NCBI GenBank assembly: GCA_020852055.1
Contig: JADZBP010000098.1
Location: 1,262-65,261 of the forward strand
Direction: 5' to 3'
Length of the DNA stretch: 64,000 bases
Source of the DNA: Candidatus Latescibacterota bacterium
GTDB lineage: Bacteria; Latescibacterota; UBA2968; UBA8231
In this document: positions 23,741-33,124 of the stretch, one piece after another
Numbering within the stretch: position 1 is the first letter of the stretch
Layout of the letters: each line of letters begins with the position of its first letter
Position numbers and translations under genes: made by a program
The notes under the pieces: model-generated
Told to the model about the DNA's origin: nothing
Seen by the model: only the letters and a program-made list of their open reading frames with translations
Database searches by the model: none

Positions 23741-24655
23741 TCAGGAGTTGGCGGCCAGGTGGAGTAGCACCGCTTTCTGGCTGTGCAGGCGGTTCTGGGC
23801 CTGGGCCATGATGATGGAACGCGGGTCGTCGAGCAGCGCGCCGTCGATTTCGTAGCCCCGGTGGGCCGGCAGGCAGTGCATGATGCGCAGGTCGCGTCCG
23901 GCCAGCAACTGGTGGTTGAGCTGGTAGGGCATGTAGAGCTGGAGCCGGCGATCCTTCTCGGCGGCGAAGGCCGGGTCCAGGAAGTACTCCATGTCGATCC
24001 AGGTGTCGGTGTAGATCACGTCGCACTGGTCGAGGGCGGCCCGCAGGTCTGTGGTGGTGGCGTAGAGCCCTGCCTGACGTCCGGCGGCGCACAACTCGGC
24101 GTCGGCGGCGGCCGGCTCGGGTTCGGGGGTGGCCACGGTGACCTTCATGCCGACCTTGAGGCCGGCGGCGATCAGGGAGTTGCAGACGTTGTTGTGCGCC
24201 CCCACGTAGGTGAGGCGCACCCCTTCCAACCGGCCCAGGGATTCGTGGATGGTCTGCAGGTCGGCGAGGATCTGCATGGGGTGGTAGCGGTCGCAGCAGC
24301 CATTCATCACCGGCACCCGCGAAGCCTCGGCGGCGCGGCGTACATCACTATTTTTGAGAAAGCGGACGACGATGAAGTCGACGTACTCGGCCAGCACCCG
24401 GATCTCGTCGGCCAGGTCGGCCAGTCCGAAGTTGGTGCTGCGCCAGTCGAGGTAGAGGGGGCGGCCGCCCAGTTGGGCGATGCCGATCTCGCCGGCGCAG
24501 CGGGTGCGGGTCGAGGTCTTCTGGAAGAGCAGGGCCAGGGTCCGGCCAGCCAGGGTCTGGGTGTTCTGGCCGGGGTTTTTCCTGAGGGCGCTGCCGGTGG
24601 CCACCACCTCGTGAATCTGGGCGGCGGACCAATCTTTGAGTGTGACCAGATGCAC
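23741..24655 (-). CDS. ornithine-carbamoyltransferase-family transcarbamylase with non-canonical second-substrate motif
   Basis: I take the GTG start at 24655 behind GAGGAGG; the longer 351-aa ORF overlaps the upstream gene. It has the carbamoyl-phosphate motif STRTR, HPMQ and HCLPAHRGYEI. The OTC D.W.SMG loop reads YTDTWIDMEYF. Confidence 0.75.
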   Translation of the reverse strand: MHLVTLKDWSAAQIHEVVATGSALRKNPGQNTQTLAGRTLALLFQKTSTRTRCAGEIGIAQLGGRPLYLDWRSTNFGLADLADEIRVLAEYVDFIVVRFLKNSDVRRAAEASRVPVMNGCCDRYHPMQILADLQTIHESLGRLEGVRLTYVGAHNNVCNSLIAAGLKVGMKVTVATPEPEPAAADAELCAAGRQAGLYATTTDLRAALDQCDVIYTDTWIDMEYFLDPAFAAEKDRRLQLYMPYQLNHQLLAGRDLRIMHCLPAHRGYEIDGALLDDPRSIIMAQAQNRLHSQKAVLLHLAANS

Positions 24656-24668
24656 CTGGGGAACCTCC

Positions 24669-25649
24669 TCAGAGGTGTTTTTCGATTTCGGCCAGTAACT
24701 GGGCGCGCACCTGCGCGGCATCACCCTCGAGGCGGCAGCCGGCAGCGCGGGTGTGGCCGCCACCGCCGAAAACGGCGGCGATTTCGCGCACGTCAACGTG
24801 TTCGCGCGACCGCAGACTGACGCGATACTGCTTGGGGGTCTGCTCCTTGAGGGCCACCGACACCTCCACGCTCTGCACCATCAAGCCGTAATTGACCACG
24901 TCGATATGGTCCATGCCGCCGTCGAGGTCCGCATGGCTGAGGTGGACGACGGCCACCTGGTCGGCGCAGTACAACTGAAGCGACTCGAGGGCCCGGCCCA
25001 GCAGCTTGAGCACCGGCAGGCTCTGGTTGTTGAAGAGCCGGTCGGCAATAAAGTCGAGACGGGCGCCGGCGCGCACCAACTGGGCGCCCACCTCGAGGGT
25101 GGTGGGGGTGGTCAGTGCGTAGCGGAAGCCGCCGGTATCGAAGAGGATGCCCATGTAGATCTGCTCGGCCACCGCCGGGGTGAACTGAAAGCCCAGAGCC
25201 ACGCCCAGATGGTAGACCAACTCGCTGGAGGAACTCGACTGCGGGGTGGTCAGATTGACGTGGCCGAAGGGCAGGCTGTCCTGGTGATGGTCGAGAACCA
25301 GGACCTTGGTGCCTTCGTCGATGTGCTCTTCGATCTTGCCGATGCGGGTCAGGGAGGGGCAGTCCAGCACGATCAGGCGCTCGGCCTTGGTGGCGGGCGG
25401 CTGCGAACCGGCGGTCTCGATATCTTCCCATCCTTCGAGAAAGCTGTATTGGGAATTGGGCGGATCGGGCAGGATCACCTCGGCCTTTTTGCCGAGGCTG
25501 CGGAGGATGGCCTGCAGCGCCAGACAGCCGGCGACGCCGTCGCCGTCGCAGTTGACGTGTGAGGTGAGCACGAAACGGGTCCCAGTGCGCACGAAGGCGA
25601 GGGCGTCCGGGAGTTCGGGCAGATCGATGGAAGGACTCGTCGCGTGCAT
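24669..25649 (-). CDS. DHH/DHHA1 phosphoesterase (NrnA-like oligoribonuclease / pAp phosphatase)
   Basis: 326 aa with SHVNCDGDGVAG, VLDHHQD and C-terminal GGGHTRAAGC. Confidence 0.88.
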   Translation of the reverse strand: MHATSPSIDLPELPDALAFVRTGTRFVLTSHVNCDGDGVAGCLALQAILRSLGKKAEVILPDPPNSQYSFLEGWEDIETAGSQPPATKAERLIVLDCPSLTRIGKIEEHIDEGTKVLVLDHHQDSLPFGHVNLTTPQSSSSSELVYHLGVALGFQFTPAVAEQIYMGILFDTGGFRYALTTPTTLEVGAQLVRAGARLDFIADRLFNNQSLPVLKLLGRALESLQLYCADQVAVVHLSHADLDGGMDHIDVVNYGLMVQSVEVSVALKEQTPKQYRVSLRSREHVDVREIAAVFGGGGHTRAAGCRLEGDAAQVRAQLLAEIEKHL

Positions 25650-25678
25650 TGGGTCCTGTCTACAGGGTGGCGCCAGCT

Positions 25679-26440
25679 TCAGCGGGGCCGCTGGAGAACA
25701 AAGTGGATGCGCTCCGATCTCTCGGAGCCGCGCGCAAAGGTGAAGCCGTCGAAGCTCCCCCGCAACTCAAAGGGACTGGCTTCGATCCGGGCAATGACTT
25801 CATCCACAGGGTAGATGCGCTGCACGTGGCACTCCTCCAATTCCGTCTCCTGACCGTCGAAACGGATATGGAAGCGGTTGAACTGCAACCCTTGCTCGCG
25901 GTCGTAATAGCTGTGGCGCCGATAGCCAAAGCCTGGCCCCCGCTCCTCATCGCGCACGTCGCGAAAGTGGCGGAGGGAGTTTTTCTCGGTACATACATCA
26001 AAAATAAAGAAATTCCCCGGCAATAGTATACTGCATGTTTCGGCCAGGGCGAGGTCCAGGTCGGCGGGAGAAAGAAGGTAATTAAAACTGTCGTAGAGGC
26101 ACAGGGCGGTGTCGAAGGGGCCCAGGCCGCTCAGTTGGCGCAGGTCGCGGTGAAAAAGCGGAATCTCCACCCGGGCCCGGGCCAGCCGCTGGCGGGCCAC
26201 CTCGAGCATGGCCGCCGAGCCGTCGGCCCCGCTCACCTGCAGCCCCATGCGGTGCAATTCGAAGAGGGTGCTGCCGGTGCCGCAGGCCAGGTCCACACAC
26301 TGCCGGGGGGGGTGGTCGAAGCGGGTGAAGAGGGCGCAGACATGAGCGGCCCAGTCGGCGTAATCCACATGGCGCATGACGTAGTCGTAGATGGTCGCCA
26401 GGCCTTCGTAGGGCTGGTATTCGGCGGGGTTGGCGGTCAA
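25679..26440 (-). CDS. class I SAM-dependent methyltransferase
   Basis: 253 aa with motif I VDLACGTGS, and post-I/II GADGSAAML and LCLYDSFNYL. Confidence 0.85.
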   Translation of the reverse strand: MTANPAEYQPYEGLATIYDYVMRHVDYADWAAHVCALFTRFDHPPRQCVDLACGTGSTLFELHRMGLQVSGADGSAAMLEVARQRLARARVEIPLFHRDLRQLSGLGPFDTALCLYDSFNYLLSPADLDLALAETCSILLPGNFFIFDVCTEKNSLRHFRDVRDEERGPGFGYRRHSYYDREQGLQFNRFHIRFDGQETELEECHVQRIYPVDEVIARIEASPFELRGSFDGFTFARGSERSERIHFVLQRPR

Positions 26441-26742
26441 TAGTGCGGTTCCTCGTCAAAACCGAAGGCCTGCTCGACGGGAGACCGGCTTTCGGTGCGG
26501 ATGACCCGGAAGTACCGCGGACGATCTCGTTTGGACACCGGATGCTGGGGGACGGCGATGATCTCGGCCTCCAGTTCGCTGTCGGGCAGAGACAGGCGCA
26601 GCACCTCGCCGGCCCGGACCTCGCGGCTGGCCTTGGCCGGCTGCCCGGCCACCCAGACCTGCCCGGCATCGCAGGCCTGGCGGGCGGCGCTGCGCTGGCG
26701 GAAGAGACCGGTGTTTTTCAGGTACAGGTCGAGGCGGGACAT
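26437..26742 (-). CDS. S4-domain RNA-binding protein (Hsp15/YlmH-like)
   Basis: The ORF is trimmed to MSRLDLYLKNTGLFRQRSAARQACDAGQVWVAGQPAKASREVRAGEV (S4 fold). It overlaps the methyltransferase start by 4 nt. Confidence 0.75.
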   Translation of the reverse strand: MSRLDLYLKNTGLFRQRSAARQACDAGQVWVAGQPAKASREVRAGEVLRLSLPDSELEAEIIAVPQHPVSKRDRPRYFRVIRTESRSPVEQAFGFDEEPHY

Positions 26743-26749
26743 GGCCGGG

Positions 26750-28048
26750 TTAGGGCGCGGGGGCGGGCGGCAGCAGCGCGGGCTGGTGGAGAAACTCGGG
26801 GGCAAGGCGCTGCTCGATGTGGATCTGCTGCTTGTAGTCCTCGATGAGGCGGCGCATGGCCGCTTCGAGGCGCGCCTCCCGCACCAGGTTCTCGATGGTC
26901 GCCTGGTCGTCGTTGATCTTGAGCAGGTGGCCGCTGTCTTCGAGGAAGAAGGGGTCGGAGATCTCCCCCAGCTTGAGGTGATTCAGGTGGGGCTGGAGGA
27001 AGGAGGGCAGCTGATCGCTGGGCAGGATCTGCCACAAGCCGCCGCGCTGGGCCGAGGAGAGGTCTTCGGAGTATTCCCTGGCCAGCTGGGCAAAATCCTC
27101 GCCGCCGCTGGCGCGCTGGCGCAGCTCCTCGAGCTGGGTGGCGGTGCGTTCGCGGTCCTGCTGGTCCATGGGGGCGCGGGCCAGGATGTGGCTGGCGCAG
27201 ACCTCTTCCTCGCGTTTTTCGCGCAACTGGATGAGGTGGTACCCGTAGGGGGTGAGCACCGGCTCGCTGATCTGGCCGGGTTTGAGCTGGCGGGCGGCTT
27301 CCTCGAATTCGGCGACCAGCTGGCCGCTCTTGAAGCAGCCCAGGTCGCCCCCATTGGCAGCGGTGCCCGGATCCTCGGAGTAGCGGCGGGCCAGATCGGC
27401 AAAGGCCTCGCCGGCCTGCAGCTTCTGGTTGACCTCCTCGATCTTGGTCCGGGCGCCGGCCAGCACCTCGGGGGCGGGTTTCACCTTGATGCTGATCTTG
27501 CTGAGCGAGAGGCGCGGGGGCAGCGAATCGCGGTAGGTCTGCCGGTAGGTCTCGACGTCCTTGCGGCCCACATAGAGGCGCATGGCCAGTTGGCTGCGCA
27601 GCTGATCGGCCAGCAGGTTGTGGCGGATATCCTTGCGGTAGCGGGTCTTGAGCTGGCGCTCGCTGAGGCCGGCCTGCTCGAGCATGTTGTTGAACTCGGT
27701 GGTCGTCATGCCCGACTTGATTTCCTGGAGGCGCTGGCCGAGCAGGGCCTCGACCTGGCTCTCGTCGATTTGCAGGCTGTCCTTCTGGGCCTTGAGCACC
27801 AGCACGTTTTCGTCCACCATCGTCTCCAGCGCCCGTTGGCGCAGGCGGGCCAATTCCTCGGGCTTGGGCTGCTGGCGATAGCCGCGCTCCTGCAATTCCT
27901 GCAACACGCGGAAATTGACTTCGGACCAGAGGATGACCTGGTTGTCGACCACGGCGACGATGCGGTCGAGCAGTTCGGGGGCGGCTCCGGCGGGCAACAC
28001 CGCGCCGAGTCCCAGGATCAGGGCGAAACAGCAGAGGGAATCGCGCAT
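26750..28048 (-). CDS. surA: periplasmic chaperone/peptidyl-prolyl isomerase SurA (SurA_N + two parvulin domains)
   Basis: 432 aa with a signal peptide. The SurA_N domain reads LDRIVAVVDNQVILWSEV. The two parvulin domains read GGDLGCFKSGQLVAEFEEAA...YGYHLIQL and GGLWQILPSDQLPSF. Confidence 0.85.
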   Translation of the reverse strand: MRDSLCCFALILGLGAVLPAGAAPELLDRIVAVVDNQVILWSEVNFRVLQELQERGYRQQPKPEELARLRQRALETMVDENVLVLKAQKDSLQIDESQVEALLGQRLQEIKSGMTTTEFNNMLEQAGLSERQLKTRYRKDIRHNLLADQLRSQLAMRLYVGRKDVETYRQTYRDSLPPRLSLSKISIKVKPAPEVLAGARTKIEEVNQKLQAGEAFADLARRYSEDPGTAANGGDLGCFKSGQLVAEFEEAARQLKPGQISEPVLTPYGYHLIQLREKREEEVCASHILARAPMDQQDRERTATQLEELRQRASGGEDFAQLAREYSEDLSSAQRGGLWQILPSDQLPSFLQPHLNHLKLGEISDPFFLEDSGHLLKINDDQATIENLVREARLEAAMRRLIEDYKQQIHIEQRLAPEFLHQPALLPPAPAP

Positions 28049-28052
28049 GTGT

Positions 28053-28886
28053 TTAATGGGTTTTTGAGGCTCCCAGTTGGCGTTCGTCTATGGTCCAGTT
28101 CCTGGAACTCTTGAGCTTGCCGATCAGTTCCGCCAACCGCTGATGGTAGTCCTGGCGGACCAGGGCGTCGACGATCTGCGGGCGGACCTGGTCCAGTTCC
28201 TTGATGGTGCCGGCTTCCTGGCGGTCGAGCACCTGGACGAGATGGTAGCCGTACTGGGTCTGGATGGGCTCGGAAAGGGTTTTGAAGGGCAGGCCGCGGC
28301 AGGCTTCCCACAGGGTGGGGTTGTCGTCGGCAGAGAAATACCCCAGGTCCCCCCCCCGGCCCTTGGTTTCCTGGTCGAGGGAGTGCAGGCGGGCCAACTC
28401 CTCGAAGGAGGCGCCGCTGCGCAGGGCTTGGCGTTTGGCCACCGCGTCGTCCTCGGTGGCCAGCAGGATATGCAGGGCGCGGATCTCGGGTTTGCTGCGG
28501 CGGAATTCCTCGCGGTTTTCGGCGTAGTACTGCTGGATGGTCGCCTCGCTGACCTGGGTATCCTGGCCCTCGAATTCGGCGCTGAGCAGGGCGGCCACCA
28601 GCAGGTCGCGGCGGGCCTGCTCCAGCAACTGCTGGGTGCGGGGCTGCTGATCCAGTTTGCGGCTGAGGGCCTCCTGGTAGAGCAACTGCTCCTCGACCCA
28701 GTGCTCGACAAACTGCGCCTTCTCGGCGGTCCCCTGCCCCAGGCCTAGTTCGGCGGGCAGGAGATTGTCCAGGTCGGCGGCGGTCAGCACCGCCTCCTCG
28801 ACGCGCGCCACTACTCCGTCTTCAGTGGAGCTGGAGGAACAGGCGGCCAGGAGCCCGGCGCAGCACCACAGGAGTAGTCTCAGCAT
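28053..28886 (-). CDS. parvulin-type peptidyl-prolyl isomerase lipoprotein (PrsA/PpiC family)
   Basis: The ORF is trimmed to MLRLLLWCCAGLLAACSSS (lipobox). The parvulin core reads RALHILLA...GGDLGYFSADDNPTLWEA...TQYGYHLVQV. Confidence 0.85.
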   Translation of the reverse strand: MLRLLLWCCAGLLAACSSSSTEDGVVARVEEAVLTAADLDNLLPAELGLGQGTAEKAQFVEHWVEEQLLYQEALSRKLDQQPRTQQLLEQARRDLLVAALLSAEFEGQDTQVSEATIQQYYAENREEFRRSKPEIRALHILLATEDDAVAKRQALRSGASFEELARLHSLDQETKGRGGDLGYFSADDNPTLWEACRGLPFKTLSEPIQTQYGYHLVQVLDRQEAGTIKELDQVRPQIVDALVRQDYHQRLAELIGKLKSSRNWTIDERQLGASKTH

Positions 28887-28974
28887 CGCTTCAATCCAAT
28901 AAAAAACCCTTCTGGCATCGCGCGGCCGCGCTGCGCCAGAGGGGCCTTCGTGCGAACATTTAAAGATAGACTGC

Positions 28975-31900
28975 TCAGAGGACCTCCTGCAAGATATTTT
29001 TGGCCCCTTCCAACCGCTCCTGCTCGTCGCTGCCACTCACCTGGGCCTCGATGGTGAACTGCTCGCCGAGGTTGAATTCGAGCTGGGCCGGGCTTTTCTC
29101 GACCAGGCGCTGGATATCGGTGCGGGCGGGCTGGAACTCGGGGGGCCAGACCAGGCGCAGGCGCGAGCGCTCCAGCTGGACCAGGGCCACACCCAGTTGG
29201 CGGGCCATCACCTTGATCTCCATCAGGTGCAGGAGCGAGCGGGTGGGGAAGGGCATACGGCCGAAGCGGTCCTCCAACTCCTCCTGGATGGAGAGCAGGT
29301 CGACCAGCCGGCGGGCCCCGGCCAGGCGCTGGTAGAAGGACATCTTCTGGTCGGCGTCGGGCACGTAGTCCTCGGGGATATAGGCGGTGGCGGCGATCTT
29401 GATCTCCGGCTCCACCGCCGACTCGATTGCCTCCCCCTTGAGCTCGTGCATGGCCTCTTCGAGCAGGCGGCAGTACAGGTCGAAACCCACGGCGGTGATG
29501 AAGCCGTGCTGCTGGGCCCCCACCAGATTGCCGGCGCCGCGGATCTCCATGTCGCGCATGGCGATGTTGAAGCCCGAGCCTAGGTCGGCGAACTCCTCGA
29601 TGGCCCGCAGGCGCAGCAGGCTCTTGCGGTTGAACTTCTTGCCTTTGGGCACCAGCAGGTAGGCAAAGGCCCGGTCTTTGGAGCGCCCTACCCGGCCGCG
29701 GATCTGGTAGAGCTGGCTCAGCCCCAGGGCGTCGGCGCGGTTGACGAGGATGGTGTTCACCGAGGGGATGTCGATGCCCGACTCGATGATCATGGTGCAG
29801 ACCAGGCAGTCGTATTTCTTGTCGAGGAAGTCGTGCATGATTTGTTCCAACTGCCGGGGCCCCATCTGGCCGTGGGCCACCCCGAAGCGCACCTGGGGCA
29901 GCAACTCCTGCAGGTACTCGACCAGGCTGTGGATGGACTTGACCCGGTTGTGCACAAAGTAGACCTGGCCGTGGCGCTCCACCTCGCGCAGCACGGCGGC
30001 GGCGATGCGCTGCTCGTCGAAGGGCAGGATCTCGGTGTGGATGGGCAGCCGGTCCTGGGGCGGGGTGTTGATCACCGACATGTCGCGCGAGCCCATCAGC
30101 GCCATGTGCAGGGTGCGCGGAATGGGGGTGGCGGTGAGGGTGAGCACATCGACCTGGCGCTTGAGCTGTTTGAGTTTCTCTTTGTGTTTGACGCCGAAGC
30201 GCTGCTCCTCGTCGACGACCAGCAGCCCCAGATCGCGGAACTTGACATCCTGAGAGAGCAGGCGGTGGGTGCCGATGAGGATGTCGATCTTGCCCTGGCG
30301 CAGCCGGTCGAGCACTTCCTTCTGCTGCTGGGCGGTGCGGAAGCGGCTGAGCACCTCCACCGTCACCGAGGAGTGGGCCATACGCTCGCTGAAGGTCTGG
30401 TAGTGCTGCTGGGCCAGGATGGTGGTGGGCACCAGCACCGCCACCTGCTTGTGGTCGGCCACCGCCTTGAAGGCGGCGCGCACCGCCACCTCGGTCTTGC
30501 CGTAGCCCACGTCGCCGCAGACCAGCCGGTCCATGGGATGGGGGGCCTCCATGTCCTGGCGGACCTCCTCCATGGTGCGCAGCTGGTCCGGGGTCTCCTG
30601 GAAAGGGAAGGAGGCCTCCAGCTCTCGGTGCAGGGTGGTGTCGGCGGAGAAGGCGAAACCGGGCAGGGCCTTGCGCTCGGCGTAGAGCTGGATCAGTTCG
30701 CCGGCCATCTTGAAGATCTCTTCGCGGGTCCGCTCCTTGAGCTTCTCCCAGGCGTTGCTGCCCAGCTTGTTGAGGATGGGAGCCTGGCCCTCGTCGCTGG
30801 AGTACTTGCGCAGACGGTCGAGCTGCTCGACGGGCACGAAGAGTTTGTCGGCCCCCTGGTAGGAGACGGTCAGGCAGTCGTGGGGCCGGCCGCCGATGTC
30901 GAGGCGTTTGATGCCCAGGTAGCGGCCGATGCCGTGGTCGACGTGCACCACGAAGTCGCCCCGCTGCAGGGTGCTGGAACTGGTGATGGGGGCGGCGGCC
31001 TTGAAGCGGCGGTAGCGGTAGCGGCGTTTCTGGCGGCTGAAGACCTCGTGGTCGTTGAAGAGCGCCAACTGGGCCGCCGGGTAGACAAAACCCTGGCGCA
31101 GGGTGCCCAGCTCGAAGACGACCCCGTCGGCCCACTCGGCAAAGATCTCCTGCAGGCGGCCGCGCTGGCCCTGGGTCTCGCACATCAGGTGGAGGGTATA
31201 ACCCTCCTGCTCGAGGCGGGTGACCTCGGGGCGCAGCAGGCTCAACTCGCCCTGGAAACTGCGGCAGGACTGGGCCCCGAAACGCAGCGCCTGCTCGCCG
31301 CGGCCCAGGGGGGCGGGCAGCAGCCGGGCGCTGCTTTCCAGGCGCTGCTCCAGCCACTCGGTCTGGTGCACCAACAGGGAGGGGGGCATCAGCTGGTCGC
31401 GGGCGGCGTGCCGCTCGTATTCCTTAAGCGAGGGGGCCAGGGCCTTGGCGACGGAATCCCCGAGTTCCTCGGGCGCCGGACAGAAGACCAGCGGGTCCTT
31501 GAGGTAGGCGAAGAGCCCTTCACCCGGGCCGTAGAGCACCCCCATCCAGGTCTCGATGCCCTCGAGGGAGGCGCCCAGTTCCAGCCGGTCGCGCAACTCG
31601 CTCAGCCCGATCTGGGCCTGGGATTCGGCATCGCGCAGCCGCTGCAGGTAGTCGCCGTAGAAGAGGCTGCCCAGCATCACCTCGCCGGCCGGCAGCAGTA
31701 CGGCTTCGGGGCAGGGGTGCAGCGAGCGCTGGGTGGTGAGGTCGAAGTGGCGGATGGATTCGAGGCGGTCGCCGAAGAAGTCGAGGCGATAGGGGTGCTC
31801 GACCCCCACAGGATAGATGTCGAGGATGCCGCCGCGCACGCTGAACTGGCCCACCCCGTCGACAGTGGGCACCCGCTCGAAGCCGGCATCGATCAGGTGG

Positions 31901-32382
31901 GCAACCACTGGATCGAGTTCCCGGTCCTGGCCGCTTTGCAGCCGCAAGGTGCCCAGTTCGAGGGCGTAGGGGGGAATGAGCGGCGCCACCAGGGCCGGGG
32001 CCGGAGCGACGACGATGGTCGGTTTGCCGGCCAGCAGGCGGGCGGCGGTTTCGAGGCGCAGGCCGGTGATCTCAGGGGTGGGCGAGCGCTGGTCGTAGAG
32101 GCCCACATCCCAGGCGGGGAAGTAGCGCACCACCTCGTCGCCGGCGATGGTCTGTAGATCATCGCGCCATTGCTCGGCCTGGTCCTCGTCGGCGGCCACC
32201 AGCAGCAGGGGGCGGCCCAGGCTGCGGTGTACGTGGACCAGCAGGAAGGCGCCCAGGGTATCGGGCAGCCCCTGCAAGAGGATTTCGCGGTCGCCGGCCT
32301 GCAGACGGCTGACCACCTCGCGAAAAGCGGGGGTCAGCGCGGTCTGGCGGGCAATATGGTCGAGGGACTGGGCGGAGGTCAT
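28975..32382 (-). CDS. mfd: transcription-repair coupling factor Mfd
   Basis: 1135 aa. It has a UvrB-homology N-terminus and a CarD/RNAP-interaction domain (GDFVVHVDHGIGRY). The superfamily-2 helicase motifs are CGDVGYGKTEVA, DEEQRFG and TATPIPRT, followed by a TRCF C-terminal domain. Confidence 0.97.
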   Translation of the reverse strand: MTSAQSLDHIARQTALTPAFREVVSRLQAGDREILLQGLPDTLGAFLLVHVHRSLGRPLLLVAADEDQAEQWRDDLQTIAGDEVVRYFPAWDVGLYDQRSPTPEITGLRLETAARLLAGKPTIVVAPAPALVAPLIPPYALELGTLRLQSGQDRELDPVVAHLIDAGFERVPTVDGVGQFSVRGGILDIYPVGVEHPYRLDFFGDRLESIRHFDLTTQRSLHPCPEAVLLPAGEVMLGSLFYGDYLQRLRDAESQAQIGLSELRDRLELGASLEGIETWMGVLYGPGEGLFAYLKDPLVFCPAPEELGDSVAKALAPSLKEYERHAARDQLMPPSLLVHQTEWLEQRLESSARLLPAPLGRGEQALRFGAQSCRSFQGELSLLRPEVTRLEQEGYTLHLMCETQGQRGRLQEIFAEWADGVVFELGTLRQGFVYPAAQLALFNDHEVFSRQKRRYRYRRFKAAAPITSSSTLQRGDFVVHVDHGIGRYLGIKRLDIGGRPHDCLTVSYQGADKLFVPVEQLDRLRKYSSDEGQAPILNKLGSNAWEKLKERTREEIFKMAGELIQLYAERKALPGFAFSADTTLHRELEASFPFQETPDQLRTMEEVRQDMEAPHPMDRLVCGDVGYGKTEVAVRAAFKAVADHKQVAVLVPTTILAQQHYQTFSERMAHSSVTVEVLSRFRTAQQQKEVLDRLRQGKIDILIGTHRLLSQDVKFRDLGLLVVDEEQRFGVKHKEKLKQLKRQVDVLTLTATPIPRTLHMALMGSRDMSVINTPPQDRLPIHTEILPFDEQRIAAAVLREVERHGQVYFVHNRVKSIHSLVEYLQELLPQVRFGVAHGQMGPRQLEQIMHDFLDKKYDCLVCTMIIESGIDIPSVNTILVNRADALGLSQLYQIRGRVGRSKDRAFAYLLVPKGKKFNRKSLLRLRAIEEFADLGSGFNIAMRDMEIRGAGNLVGAQQHGFITAVGFDLYCRLLEEAMHELKGEAIESAVEPEIKIAATAYIPEDYVPDADQKMSFYQRLAGARRLVDLLSIQEELEDRFGRMPFPTRSLLHLMEIKVMARQLGVALVQLERSRLRLVWPPEFQPARTDIQRLVEKSPAQLEFNLGEQFTIEAQVSGSDEQERLEGAKNILQEVL

Positions 32383-32487
32383 GGGCGCGGGTGAGAGAGG
32401 CCGCCCCGGCCATGGACCATAGACAGCAGCGGGCGGTGGCAGTAAAATAAAGGCCGGCTCAGCACAGTGTCAAACAAGGGATGGATC

Positions 32488-33075
32488 ATGAGTGTACGCA
32501 GTCATTTTTTCGCCTACCTGTCGCGAATGAAGTTCATCCAGCGCTGGGGCCTGATGCGCAACACCTGCCCCGAGAATATCCAGGAGCACAGCCTGCAGGT
32601 GGCGCTGGTCGCCCACTGCCTGGCCCTGGTCCGCAACCAGGTGCTGGGCGGGGCGGTGGACGCCCAGCGGGTGATGGCCCTGGCCCTCTTCCACGAGGTG
32701 GGCGAGGTGATCACCGGCGACCTGGCCAGCCCGATCAAGTATTTCAACCCCGAGATCAAGACCGCCTACGGCCGCATCGAGGAGGTGGCCAACCAGCGGC
32801 TGCTGGGCATGGTGCCGGCCCCGCTGCGCGAGCAGTACCGCACGCTGCTTTTTCCGGAAGCGGCCGACGCCGAGTGCCTGCGGCTGGTCAAGGCCGCCGA
32901 CAAGCTGTGCGCCTATCTCAAGTGTCTGGAGGAGTTGAAGGCCGGCAACCAGGAGTTCTCGCAGGCCAGGATGGCCATCGAGCGCGACCTGGAGCGGCTG
33001 GCAGTGCCGGAAGTGGCGTATTTCATGGAGCAGTTCGCCCCGAGTTTCTCGTTGACCCTGGACGAACTCAATTAG
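32488..33075 (+). CDS. yfbR: HD-domain 5'-deoxynucleotidase YfbR
   Basis: By eye and from memory it is near-collinear with E. coli YfbR. Matching blocks are SHFFAYLSRMKFIQRWGLMRN, ENIQEHSLQVALVAH, EVITGDLASPIKYFN and CAYLKCLEELKAGNQEF. Confidence 0.93.
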   Translation: MSVRSHFFAYLSRMKFIQRWGLMRNTCPENIQEHSLQVALVAHCLALVRNQVLGGAVDAQRVMALALFHEVGEVITGDLASPIKYFNPEIKTAYGRIEEVANQRLLGMVPAPLREQYRTLLFPEAADAECLRLVKAADKLCAYLKCLEELKAGNQEFSQARMAIERDLERLAVPEVAYFMEQFAPSFSLTLDELN

Positions 33076-33124
33076 CGGCTTGCCGCCGCATGGTCGCGGC
33101 GCCAAAACCAAAGGAGCAAAACCG

